Origin: a virus | Taxonomy: Duplodnaviria; Heunggongvirae; Uroviricota; Caudoviricetes | Length of the DNA stretch: 64,000 nt | Virus record (IMG/VR): IMGVR_UViG_3300005758_000043 | Reading direction: 5' to 3' (one strand) | Shown here: piece after piece, positions 28,562 to 36,755 of the stretch | Position numbering within the stretch: position 1 is the stretch's first letter | Layout: every line of letters begins with the position of its first letter | Translations under genes and position numbers: made by a program | The notes under the pieces: generated by a model | The model's database searches: none | Told to the model about the DNA's origin: nothing | What the model saw: the letters and a program-made list of their open reading frames with translations, nothing else

Positions 28562-29191
28562 TCATTTCTTTTTTCTTTGTTTTTTGGAGTGGGAATTGGA
28601 GGCATTTTTATGTTCTTTCTTATGACAAATTACACATAATGTCAAGCCATTTTCTAAATTAAAACGCAAATCAGGATATTTAGACCATGGCTTTATATGA
28701 TGAGCATTCAATTTTCCACCTTTTTGTTCACAAAATTGACATGTATATTGATCTCTTTCAAAAACGTCTTTACGCCATGCAGAATATGGTCCTGATCGTG
28801 ATTGACTTTCATATCTTCCTATTTTTACTTTAGAACGATCTTGAATCCAATTAGGATGGTTTTCTCCTCTGATTTTTAATCCGCCTTTTTGTCGGGATTC
28901 TTTGGTTGCTTTTGGAGGTTTAGGAATTAAACCTTCGGCCATTTTTCGAGACAAACTAATGCCTGCTTTTTCGCGACTTTCTTTTGTCGGTATTGGGGGT
29001 ATAAAATTATTAATTTCTGCATTTTTAATTCCCATGCAAGTCCGAGAACAAAATCTTTTTCTTTCTAAATCTCTATTCAAATAGATTAATATTTTTTCAC
29101 CGCAATTTTCGCACTCTTTTTCTCCTTTAATTTTGTATCCTCGCGATGCGAAGTAATTTTCTGATTTATTTTTAGGAGATGGAATTGGCAT
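28562..29191 (-). CDS. HNH endonuclease
   Basis: C-terminal YTCQFCEQ ... AHHIKPWS ... NGLTLCVICH. Confidence 0.65.
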   Translation of the reverse strand: MPIPSPKNKSENYFASRGYKIKGEKECENCGEKILIYLNRDLERKRFCSRTCMGIKNAEINNFIPPIPTKESREKAGISLSRKMAEGLIPKPPKATKESRQKGGLKIRGENHPNWIQDRSKVKIGRYESQSRSGPYSAWRKDVFERDQYTCQFCEQKGGKLNAHHIKPWSKYPDLRFNLENGLTLCVICHKKEHKNASNSHSKKQRKKK

Positions 29192-29199
29192 ATTTTATA

Positions 29200-29712
29200 T
29201 TACACCAAACTCTTCAAATAATCAAGTGTTAAAAAACAAGTCCCAAATTTAGGGTAAACCACATCAACACAAGTATTCACATAACGAGGATCTTCTTTAC
29301 GCCACGGCCCCCAACCTTTCATGATTGTATGCATATGAACATGACCGTGAACGTTCAGTTTGCACTTGCGCAATTCATCAGGATGAATCGGGCAATGACT
29401 GAGCCACATTCCTTTGTATTTGATGATTCCGTGAATTTCTTCGAAAACATTCAATTGATCGCGCGTGTCAACCAAGTCATCATGATTGCCTTTAATCAAA
29501 ATCTTACGACCCTTCAAATTGCCAAACAAAGCTAAAGAATGGGAATCGAATGCTGCATCGCCAAGAACATAAACGACATCATTTTTGTTGATGCGCTTAG
29601 TCCAATCTTCTTGGATGAGGCGAGTATTATCTTCCGAAGAAGATACAAACTTGCGATATTTAGCAATGTTTTGATGTCCAAGATGTGGATCGCCAATGAC
29701 GTAAACGCTCAT
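29200..29712 (-). CDS. Calcineurin-like metallophosphoesterase
   Basis: Motifs GDPHLG, GDAAFD, GNHD and HGHVH. Confidence 0.6.
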   Translation of the reverse strand: MSVYVIGDPHLGHQNIAKYRKFVSSSEDNTRLIQEDWTKRINKNDVVYVLGDAAFDSHSLALFGNLKGRKILIKGNHDDLVDTRDQLNVFEEIHGIIKYKGMWLSHCPIHPDELRKCKLNVHGHVHMHTIMKGWGPWRKEDPRYVNTCVDVVYPKFGTCFLTLDYLKSLV

Positions 29713-29719
29713 GCACTTA

Positions 29720-30370
29720 TTATAGCTTCAATTTATTCCATGTAAAGCCTTTTTTGTAGAATTTTCCCTTTTTTTCAAGGCATTCGTCAAATAATGCCAT
29801 CAGAGGCATATTAATTGAATTAAAAGACGAAAGAGGAGCAATCTTTTTGGGCATTTTCCCCAAGAGAATTGGATGATAGATGGAGGTCGAGTCGATCCAT
29901 TTTTGTTTTAAATAAACGTATTGATAATAAAACAAATAAAGATTAGCTTGCTGCGCATACTTTTCGGTATCGAAAAGTTTCCATTTTTTACCAAACGCTA
30001 AAGATCTCTTTTCGCAATCATGTTCTAAAGCTATAACCTCCATTACTGCCGCCCAATTTTTGGGGCAAAGATTTTGCTTGTCTAAATGCTTCCAAAACTC
30101 ATATTCATCTTTCCAGACGGCATGCTTTTCGATGCATTGAGTCATGTGAGAAAATTCATGACAATAAACCTGCTCAAATAATGGATTTTTTTTGGCGACG
30201 GTAATTGTTTCTCCGTCGCACCATCCTGAACATTTAGAATCTCCGAGATCTATGTTTCGGCTATTGGCGATTACAATTTTCTTTTTATGTTGACAGAGAT
30301 AATCAACAGTCCAATCAAAGAACTTGCAAAAATTCTCACCACAATCTTTAAGAAAATTGAATTTCATCAA
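29720..30370 (-). CDS. hypothetical protein with HExxH motif
   Basis: YCHEFSHMTQ may be a zinc-metallopeptidase motif. Confidence 0.25.
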   Translation of the reverse strand: MMKFNFLKDCGENFCKFFDWTVDYLCQHKKKIVIANSRNIDLGDSKCSGWCDGETITVAKKNPLFEQVYCHEFSHMTQCIEKHAVWKDEYEFWKHLDKQNLCPKNWAAVMEVIALEHDCEKRSLAFGKKWKLFDTEKYAQQANLYLFYYQYVYLKQKWIDSTSIYHPILLGKMPKKIAPLSSFNSINMPLMALFDECLEKKGKFYKKGFTWNKLKL

Positions 30371-30658
30371 ATGATAGTAATGTTAATCTCGAATAAATCA
30401 AGGCAATTTATTAATCAATTTGATGATTCCAGCCACGAAATAATCATCTTCTTGAGCTTCCCGCACAAATTCTTCATCTGTCCAACGATGAGAAGTAGAA
30501 TATTCTACATCTTCCATCACTTGACCATTTTTAATAAAATAATCTTTTTTCCATTTAAATTTAGAATAAAAATACTCCAGAACAATTCTTTTCTGCTCTT
30601 GATCTGAAATTTGAACTTTTAAATGTTGCGTTGCATGTATTTCCATGATGTTTGAAAG

Positions 30659-30762
30659 TGGTAGGAGTGGTGGGAATCGAACCCACGTTACTAACGGCTT
30701 ATCTAGCCGTTGCTCTACGAGATTATAAGTTTCGCCCTATGGCCAACATTAGCAACACTCCC
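30659..30762 (-). ncRNA. Aberrant 104-nt tRNA-like gene with ~26-nt insertion in the D region
   Basis: Acceptor GGGAGTG/CACTCCT + A + CCA and T-arm GTGGG TTCGATT CCCAC are good. The anticodon-like hairpin ACGGC-UAGAUAA-GCCGT has A at position 33. The D region is 45 nt. Confidence 0.3.
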
Positions 30763-30808
30763 ATTATTTAATAGTTCACAAGTTGTTATGAATTGTGTAA
30801 TAATATAT

Positions 30809-31345
30809 ATGAACTATGAAAAATTGCAAGATTTAATTTCAAAAAATTTATCTACTTACCAAATAGCAAAAGAAATGGATTGTTCTCAAACAACTATTAG
30901 ATATTGGTTGAGAAAATTGGGGTTAAATACCAACAATCCTCCTCAAGCAAAAGATTTAAAAACATTATTAAATGGAAGAAGCTGCAAGTGCTGCTCAAAA
31001 CAATTAATTGGTCAACAAAAGTTTTATTGCTCAATTGAGTGTAAATCAAAAAATACTTATTATAGCCAGCCTAATACAAATGAACGTCAAAAAAACAAAG
31101 CACTTAGTAGAAAATTAGAATTAATAAAAATGGCTGGAGGAAAATGCTCCAATTGCGGTTACAAAAAAAATTCTTCTGCCCTGCAATTTCATCATAATGA
31201 CCCACAAAACAAATCTTTTTCATTAGACTCAAGAATTCTCTCCAATACAAATTGGGAATCAATTTTAAAAGAATTTAGAAAATGTAAATTACTATGCGCT
31301 AATTGCCATTTTGAAATTCATAATCCAGATAAAAATATGAAATAG
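30809..31345 (+). CDS. HNH endonuclease with N-terminal HTH
   Basis: STYQIAKEMDCSQTTIRYWLRKLGL is a helix-turn-helix. C-terminal FHHNDP ... CKLLCANCHFEIH is the HNH motif. Confidence 0.65.
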   Translation: MNYEKLQDLISKNLSTYQIAKEMDCSQTTIRYWLRKLGLNTNNPPQAKDLKTLLNGRSCKCCSKQLIGQQKFYCSIECKSKNTYYSQPNTNERQKNKALSRKLELIKMAGGKCSNCGYKKNSSALQFHHNDPQNKSFSLDSRILSNTNWESILKEFRKCKLLCANCHFEIHNPDKNMK

Positions 31346-31415
31346 GGGCGATGGGAGTTGAACCCATTATCTAACCTTTATGAGAGGCCCGCATTAACCG
31401 TTCTGCTACACCCCT
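31343..31415 (-). tRNA. tRNA-Met/Ile2 (CAU), CCA not encoded
   Basis: Acceptor AGGGGTG/CGCCCCT, anticodon loop CUCAUAA, T-loop TTCAACT. Confidence 0.55.
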
Positions 31416-31433
31416 TTTAATTATAATGAAAGT

Positions 31434-31511
31434 TGGTAGCTCCAGTGGGATTCGAACCCACACTTTACAGATTTTAAGTCTGTTGCCTGCTGCCAGTTGG
31501 GCTATGGAGCC
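31434..31511 (-). tRNA. class-I tRNA with anticodon UAA (Leu codon UUA)
   Basis: G1.U72 pair, A73, 3-bp D-stem with large D-loop, anticodon stem ACAGA/TCTGT with loop CUUAAAA, 5-nt variable loop. Confidence 0.55.
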
Positions 31512-31594
31512 GTTTATGAAATCATTCTACACCATTTTGCGTCATAGTCAATACAAATCTGTAGAATTTGACAGAAAAAAGTGTAACATATTTT

Positions 31595-32002
31595 ATGAAT
31601 AAAAAATCACTTGAACTAGACTTTTCTGAGTCTATCGCCGCAATGGGTCAATCTGGAATTGTTTCCAAGTTGATTCAATTACAGATTCAATTTAAAATTT
31701 TCCATTGGCAAACTTACTCATTTGCCCAGCATCATGCTTTTGGCGAGCTTTACAGCGCTTTGAGCGAGTCTATTGACGAGTTTGTGGAAACTTACCAAGG
31801 AGCTTATGGACGCTTCGATTTCAGCGGTGCTGGAATGGGTTTCGTCAACCTTGATTCTGCGGCATTCGTTTCGTTTTTAAATGATAATATTTCAGTGCTT
31901 CAATCTTGGGAGCGTTATTTTTCCAATACTGATCTTTTAAATATTAGGGATGAAATTCTTGGCTCTCTTAATAAGACCAAGTATCTTTTGACTTTAAACT
32001 GA
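31595..32002 (+). CDS. Dps/ferritin-like four-helix-bundle protein (putative)
   Basis: IFHWQTYSFAQHHAFGELY...E.IDEF resembles the Dps HW...H...E...D ferroxidase pattern. TTGACA-N15-TATTTT lies directly before the ATG, and a terminator lies at 32025-32060. Confidence 0.4.
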   Translation: MNKKSLELDFSESIAAMGQSGIVSKLIQLQIQFKIFHWQTYSFAQHHAFGELYSALSESIDEFVETYQGAYGRFDFSGAGMGFVNLDSAAFVSFLNDNISVLQSWERYFSNTDLLNIRDEILGSLNKTKYLLTLN

Positions 32003-32024
32003 TATTGACAATCAATCTATATAA

Positions 32025-32060
32025 AAAGACCGCCTTTTACAAGACGGTCTTTTTTTTATT
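32025..32060 (+). terminator. rho-independent terminator after the Dps-like gene
   Basis: Stem AAGACCG/CGGTCTT followed by T9. Confidence 0.65.
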
Positions 32061-32065
32061 TTAAA

Positions 32066-32142
32066 TGGTAGCTCGTTTCAGATTCGAACTGAAAACCACA
32101 ATATTTTGAGTATTGCCGCACTGCCAATTAGCGTAACGAGCC
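32066..32142 (-). tRNA. class-I tRNA with anticodon CAA (Leu codon UUG)
   Basis: Same architecture as 31434..31511; anticodon loop CUCAAAA; short variable loop. Confidence 0.55.
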
Positions 32143-32475
32143 ATTATTATTTTCGAAGATAATTTGAAGAGATTCAAGACGAGCGAGTTCTTCCTTTTTT
32201 TTAGTGATAGTTTTTGCTAGTTCTTGTTTAACATGGCGGCAAAAGCTCGCATCACATTCTTTAGTAATAGAGCTTCTTTTTGCAAGCGTGCCATCAGCTT
32301 TAGCAACAAGAACATATGTAAATAATGGAACGCGAGGACTGCCGCCTATTTCGTAGCGTGGGGTTATCTCTGTAATTTTATGATACCCACTGTGATAAGC
32401 GGTAACAATATCACCAACATTGATTGTTTCATCATAAGTTAACTCAACGCCATTTGAATCCTTGATTGTCGTCAT
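32128..32475 (-). CDS. hypothetical protein
   Basis: ORF between two tRNA genes. The track start (32547) overlaps a tRNA, so the internal Met is likely. Confidence 0.25.
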   Translation of the reverse strand: MTTIKDSNGVELTYDETINVGDIVTAYHSGYHKITEITPRYEIGGSPRVPLFTYVLVAKADGTLAKRSSITKECDASFCRHVKQELAKTITKKKEELARLESLQIIFENNNGSLR

Positions 32476-32517
32476 GCTTTGATCATGCCAAAAATAATTT
32501 ACAAAGCAAGCGAAAAA

Positions 32518-32595
32518 TGGTAGCTGCGGTCGGATTCGAACCGACACTGTTTTGATTCTAAGTCAAACGTCTCCTACCAGTTGGACTACGCAGCC
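32518..32595 (-). tRNA. class-I tRNA with anticodon UAG (Leu codon CUA)
   Basis: Anticodon stem TTTGA/TCAAA with loop CUUAGAA; G1.U72; A73. Confidence 0.55.
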
Positions 32596-32765
32596 ATTAT
32601 AAAATACAAAAAAATCAGATCAGTCTGGGATTTCACGCCGTTCCTAGAAAATGCATACTCACCAGAGCCTGTTGGGAATCGAACCTTACATCTTCCGTTG
32701 TCTATCCAAACACTCACGGTTAATTACTCCGTCAAAGTTGATCCTATTTCATGAAAAGTTTCTCT

Positions 32766-32990
32766 TTAAGAGAGAGTTAAAAGGTAATCAATAATATCTT
32801 TTGCGCCAGTCAAGCGCTTATCATCCGCAATTAAAGTTGGAACTGTTCTTACGTTATTGTCTTTACAATACTCTTGATTTTCATCTGCGTCAATCAAAAT
32901 AATATCTTTTGGATTTTTCGCTAAAAAGTCTTTGATTATTTTGCACGGTCCACACCATGAGGTGGTTATTAATGTGTTTTTATTTGCCAT
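32766..32990 (-). CDS. Thioredoxin-fold protein (CGPC active site)
   Basis: WCGPCK active-site motif; the likely start is MANKNT, which avoids the neighbouring tRNA. Confidence 0.55.
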   Translation of the reverse strand: MANKNTLITTSWCGPCKIIKDFLAKNPKDIILIDADENQEYCKDNNVRTVPTLIADDKRLTGAKDIIDYLLTLS

Positions 32991-33004
32991 TTGAATTTGT
33001 AGAT

Positions 33005-33082
33005 TGGTGCGTCTGGTGGGATTCGAACCCACACTGTATAGACCCTTAATCTATTGCCTGCTGCCAGTTGGGCTACAGACGC
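33005..33082 (-). tRNA. class-I tRNA with anticodon AAG (Leu codon CUU)
   Basis: Close paralogue of 31434..31511 (shared D-arm TTGCCTGCTGCCAGTTGGGCTA); anticodon loop UUAAGGG. Confidence 0.5.
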
Positions 33083-33090
33083 ATGAAAAT

Positions 33091-33165
33091 TGGTAGGGAA
33101 TAACGGATTCGAACCGCTGATCTCCTCGGTGTAAACGAGTTGCTTTACCACTCAGCTAATTCCCC
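33091..33165 (-). tRNA. tRNA-Val (UAC)
   Basis: Anticodon loop UUUACAC; acceptor AGGGAAT with its complement. Confidence 0.55.
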
Positions 33166-33209
33166 TTTGTAAAATTTCTATTTTCATTACAACAAGTGTA
33201 ATTACTTTT

Positions 33210-33671
33210 ATGGATTTAAAATACGATTTATCAGAAATGCAAAGACTTAAAAATCTCGGTCACAATCATAAAGAAATCTCCGAAATAATAGGATGTTCTT
33301 ATTATACTGTTATCTATCATTTAAACCCTGAACGAAAAACCAAACAGAGAGCGTGGTTTAAAGATAGCTATCATAATCAGCACTTATTAAGTAAAATGAC
33401 AGCTTTCAAAAAATACGGCAACACGATTGACTTTTCTTTAGCTGATTTGTTGGAGCATATCGGAGATAATCCGACATGTTACTTTACAAGTCAACCAATA
33501 AATTTATCTATTCCCTCTTCTTATTCACTAGACCATAAGATTCCAAAGAGCCGAGGAGGATCTTCAAATCTAGATAACTTAGTCTTGACAACTTCCGCCG
33601 TGAATAAAGCCAAACATAATCTGTTGCCAGATGAATTTATTCAGCTTTGTCGCAGCGTAGCCCAAAATTAA
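33210..33671 (+). CDS. HNH endonuclease with HTH
   Basis: LDHKIPKSRGGSSNLDNL ... N is the HNH motif. Confidence 0.6.
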   Translation: MDLKYDLSEMQRLKNLGHNHKEISEIIGCSYYTVIYHLNPERKTKQRAWFKDSYHNQHLLSKMTAFKKYGNTIDFSLADLLEHIGDNPTCYFTSQPINLSIPSSYSLDHKIPKSRGGSSNLDNLVLTTSAVNKAKHNLLPDEFIQLCRSVAQN

Positions 33672-33867
33672 AAATAAATCAAAAGTGTGCTACTACGCCA
33701 AAAGGAGAATATGCCTTACCGTTTCGGGGGTGCCTTATCACTATCCACATTTTCCCCACAGCACATCACTAATATATGCCACTTTACGGCCCGACATTAT
33801 TTAGCATTTCGCACGGATTGGGTGCTTCGTCCTACTCTTTAAAGGTCACGATAAATCGTGAGGATTC

Positions 33868-34287
33868 TCAATCCGTGGCTGCTTCTAAGCCAACCTCCTT
33901 TTGATTTTGAGAATGTCTTATCCTGTGACAGTTTGCACAAAGAAGAACACATTTGTCGAGTTCTTTCTTCACAGAATCAAATTTTTTTGCTTGTTTGCCA
34001 ATTGAAAAATCTTTTTTGCTAGGATCTAAATGGTGAAAATCATAAATAGATGGAATATCTCTTGATTCTCCACAATCAGCGCATTTTCCACCAAGATATT
34101 CTATAGCTTTTCTTTTTAAAGCCCTTCTTCGCTCGGCTGAAGTTTCTAATCTACAAGATTTGCAATAGCAATCCCAAGTATCATAAACTATACCATTATT
34201 ATAAGCTTTTTGAGGATAGAAGTCTTTAGTAGATTTCACCTCTCCACAATTCTTGCATTTTTTTTCTTTTAAGTCTTTTTTTGACAT
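33868..34287 (-). CDS. HNH endonuclease
   Basis: CKNCG ... YDFHHLDPSKKDF ... CVLLCANCHRIRH. Paralogous to 37879..38238 and 30809..31345. Confidence 0.65.
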   Translation of the reverse strand: MSKKDLKEKKCKNCGEVKSTKDFYPQKAYNNGIVYDTWDCYCKSCRLETSAERRRALKRKAIEYLGGKCADCGESRDIPSIYDFHHLDPSKKDFSIGKQAKKFDSVKKELDKCVLLCANCHRIRHSQNQKEVGLEAATD

Positions 34288-34325
34288 ATACTCATTATTA
34301 CACGAATTTCATGAGTAATAGAAAT

Positions 34326-34401
34326 TGGACGCGCCGACTGGACTTGAACCAGCATGAATCTGCTTTGCAGGCAGTGAGATAGCCATTCTCCCCACGACGC
34401 G
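34326..34401 (-). tRNA. tRNA-Cys (GCA)
   Basis: Acceptor CGCGTCG/CGGCGCG, D-stem GGGA/TCTC, anticodon loop CUGCAAA, T-loop TTCAAGT. Confidence 0.6.
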
Positions 34402-34409
34402 ATAAAAAT

Positions 34410-34483
34410 TGGCATACCGTGCAGGAATCGAACCCGCGTTTTCTGTTTTGGAGGCAGTAGTCTTACCATTAGACGAACGGCAT
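34410..34483 (-). tRNA. tRNA-Trp (CCA)
   Basis: Anticodon loop CUCCAAA; D-arm GTCT/AGAC; the anticodon stem has mismatches. Confidence 0.5.
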
Positions 34484-34626
34484 GTTTGAAATTGGTGCGG
34501 TGGCGAATCGTCACTTACGCCTTTGCTGGGGACTCCGAATTACCCCGTAATCTCCTTCTTCTTGGGCATTCCGAGATTTAATGCCTTTTAATTCGGTTTT
34601 ATTTTGACTAGACCGCATTGAAAATT

Positions 34627-34701
34627 TGGTGGAGCTAGAGAGATTCGAACTCTCAACCTTATCCTTGCAAAGGATCTGCGCTACCATTGCGCCATAGCCC
34701 C
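34627..34701 (-). tRNA. tRNA-Ala (UGC)
   Basis: Acceptor GGGGCTA/TAGCTCC, anticodon loop UUUGCAA. Confidence 0.65.
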
Positions 34702-34908
34702 AAATTAGACAGTTGGTTACTCCGAAGAGTAGAGCATATGATCTACGTTTTGTCAAACAAAAAACTCCCATATATTCACCAATAACGCTACTGCTATCGC
34801 GGGGATTACCCACAGTGTTTTGCGGAACAACCCGCTACTCTTCGCCTATTTTATTCACCTATGGCTAGTTGGTTGCCACTCCAACACGGCTTTTTAAAGT
34901 AAAAAAAA

Positions 34909-34984
34909 TGGTGGACACAACGAGAATTGAACTCGCCACATCGTCATTGCAAGTGACAATCGCCCCCAAGGAACATGTGCGCCC
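34909..34984 (-). tRNA. tRNA-Ala (UGC), second copy with G.U-rich acceptor
   Basis: Anticodon stem TGTCA/TGACG with loop CUUGCAA, T-loop TTCAATT, acceptor GGGCGCA/TGTGTCC (two G.U pairs), weak D-stem. Confidence 0.45.
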
Positions 34985-35074
34985 ATATATTGCCGTGAGA
35001 ACCCTAAGCCCGATCTCTCGCATCATAATCAGTAATCAGGCGCGTTACTAACCTCTTGTGCTTTACGGCGAAAT

Positions 35075-35153
35075 TGGCGGTCCATAGGGGGAACGATCCC
35101 CTTCCTCAAGATTGACAATCTAGTGATGCTTCCTTTACACTAATGGACCTTAA
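35075..35153 (-). tRNA. tRNA-Asp-like (GUC) with A54 T-loop
   Basis: Acceptor GGTCCAT/ATGGACC is perfect. The anticodon loop UUGUCAA sits in an imperfect stem. The T-loop is ATCGTTC. Confidence 0.4.
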
Positions 35154-35166
35154 AATTTATTAAAAC

Positions 35167-35241
35167 TGGTAGGCAGTGGGGGAATTGAACCCGCCGTCTC
35201 TTGATTCGTATTCAAGTATTCTTCCGTTATACTAACCGCCC
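35167..35241 (-). tRNA. tRNA-Arg (ACG)
   Basis: Anticodon stem CTTGA/TCAAG with loop AUACGAA; acceptor with two G.U pairs. Confidence 0.5.
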
Positions 35242-35254
35242 ATTGAAAATTGTT

Positions 35255-35329
35255 TGGAGGCCCGATGGAGAGTCGAACTCCAGTATCACCCATACCAAGG
35301 GTGCATAATAACCGTTATATGATCAGGCC
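35255..35329 (-). tRNA. tRNA-Thr (GGU)
   Basis: Anticodon stem CACCC/GGGTG with loop UUGGUAU; T-arm TGGAG/CTCCA. Confidence 0.65.
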
Positions 35330-35343
35330 GTTTTTTTGAAATC

Positions 35344-35407
35344 TGGTGCCTAGCTGCGGATTCGAACCGCATTAACATTTCCGCGATTAGCGCGTGGATC
35401 ACCAAGC
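35344..35407 (-). ncRNA. Minimal 64-nt tRNA-like element without a D-arm
   Basis: T-arm TGCGG TTCGAAT CCGCA, acceptor 3' strand GCTAGGC-A-CCA pairing with GCTTGGT (three G.U pairs), hairpin CGCG-CUAAU-CGCG with a 5-nt loop. Confidence 0.2.
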
Positions 35408-35430
35408 ATCCGATGCCGAGGCAAATAAAT

Positions 35431-35508
35431 TGGTTAGGTATATGGGATTTGAACCCATAATCTCTACATCCCAAATGTAGCGCGATAGCCAAGTTACGCT
35501 AATACCTA
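35431..35508 (-). tRNA. tRNA-Pro (UGG), class I
   Basis: Anticodon stem CTACA/TGTAG with loop UUUGGGA; acceptor ATACCTA/TAGGTAT. Confidence 0.65.
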
Positions 35509-35516
35509 TTTAAAAT

Positions 35517-35614
35517 TGGTCGCGCAGGTGGGATTCGAACCCACGACGGTAAACACTCTTGTCCCCGCTACCTGATTCCAAGTCAGGCTCCTTACCAAGC
35601 TAGGCAACTGCACG
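35517..35614 (-). tRNA. class-II (long variable arm, ~98 nt) tRNA carrying anticodon UGG
   Basis: Perfect anticodon stem CCTGA/TCAGG with loop CUUGGAA, A73, ~26-nt variable region, Ser/Leu-like D-arm. Confidence 0.45.
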
Positions 35615-35624
35615 ATATGAAAAT

Positions 35625-35699
35625 TGGTGCGTGTAGTCAGAATCGAACTGACATATCAACGTTGGCAACGTTGTATAATAACCATTATACGATACACGC
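35625..35699 (-). tRNA. tRNA-Gly (GCC)
   Basis: Anticodon stem CAACG/CGTTG with loop UUGCCAA; acceptor GCGTGTA with its complement. Confidence 0.7.
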
Positions 35700-36099
35700 T
35701 TTAAAAACACTTCCCGAATTACGCTTGCATCAGAGGCGCGGGAAGTCAATCGAAAATTGTTATCTAAGCCCTGAGATTACAGGCTAGGGCGACCAGTCTT
35801 TCATAAGATTATTAAGCAGCATTCCAAGCCACTATTTCCTTACTTATCCACTACCTCTCGATAGTATCCAGTCATCGACGCCATTTTATGAATCGCTGGC
35901 ATTTGCGATTTACCGTTTACTCTACTCGATCATTTCTAGAACCTCGGAGGATGGCCGTCCTGCAAGATTTCCTTCTCTGATCAAACGCCTTGTGCTTTGC
36001 GAGCCAAGGTTCGCACAGAATTGCTTTCGCTTCTGTCTTAGTCGATTTTCGAGCGTTCGGGGTTACGTCTTTTGCTTTTAATATTTATACGTTGTTTAA

Positions 36100-36200
36100 T
36101 ATGCAACTGCCTTTACCCATTTGGCTACTCCCCCCGTCAAAGCATAAGCTGGATGCTCTGATGGCGGGGGAGGCTGGACTCGAACCAGCAAAATAAATGG
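36100..36200 (-). ncRNA. Permuted tRNA-like element with closed acceptor stem (Y-RNA-type tRNA mimic?)
   Basis: Minus-strand order: T-arm GCTGG TTCGAGT CCAGC, then acceptor 3' strand CTCCCCC-G-CCA. A 26-nt linker with hairpin GCAT-CCAGCTT-ATGC follows. Then the perfectly complementary acceptor 5' strand GGGGGAG, TA, and D-arm GCC-AAATGGGTAAA-GGC. It ends with AGTTGC ATATTAA ACAAC. Confidence 0.35.
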
Positions 36201-36230
36201 AAACCTACGTCAATGTGCGCAACCACGCTG

Positions 36231-36250
36231 CTCTCAAAATCTCTCAAAAT
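36231..36250. repeat. 10-bp tandem direct repeat CTCTCAAAAT x2
   Basis: Exact duplication in the 1-kb non-coding region. Confidence 0.5.
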
Positions 36251-36727
36251 CAAGAATACAACACATCAACTAGAATCAGTATCGCTACTTTTTCATCGCA
36301 GTCAAGACTACCCTCGATTTGACTCTCAGGCAACCTCTCAGCATGCCATTCGCCTTTGTATCTCTACTCTGACTTATGACTACCCTTTGAGATTCATGCT
36401 TTCAGACCCATTTGAGTTTTCCTTTCAGAACCAGCTACATCGTTGACCTCACTGTTTTACTCTCTTCGACCCGTAGGCTTCAACAACATAAGTTTTAATG
36501 GCTTATATTGTCGTATCTCTCGGCTTGCTTGGTGGGCTAACTTAGCGAACTAAATTAGTGGGCGGTGTAGGAACCTTATCCCTTTCCCAGAATCGCTTCT
36601 GGATTATCCTGTAATGCCCCCAAGCGGGCAAATTTTTTATGATATTAAAGAACTTTTTACGAAGGAAACTCTTTGTTTTCCCAAGATCGCTTTGAAGAAC
36701 TCTTAGTTCGTCGCGGCGATGTGATTG

Positions 36728-36755
36728 ATTATGCAGATATTTCTGATTTTGTCAA
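36728..36755 (-). promoter_or_regulatory. promoter TTGACA-N16-CATAAT firing into the 1-kb non-coding region and downstream tRNAs
   Basis: No ORF downstream; it reads into 35700-36714. Confidence 0.45.

Noticed and set aside
36100-36540. Two-piece (permuted) tmRNA hypothesis for the T-arm/acceptor/CCA-linker-acceptor element
   Set aside because: The gene order matches a permuted ssrA. However, no tag-peptide reading frame ending in Ala-Ala-stop, and no resume-codon context, was found in any frame of the upstream 400 nt on that strand.
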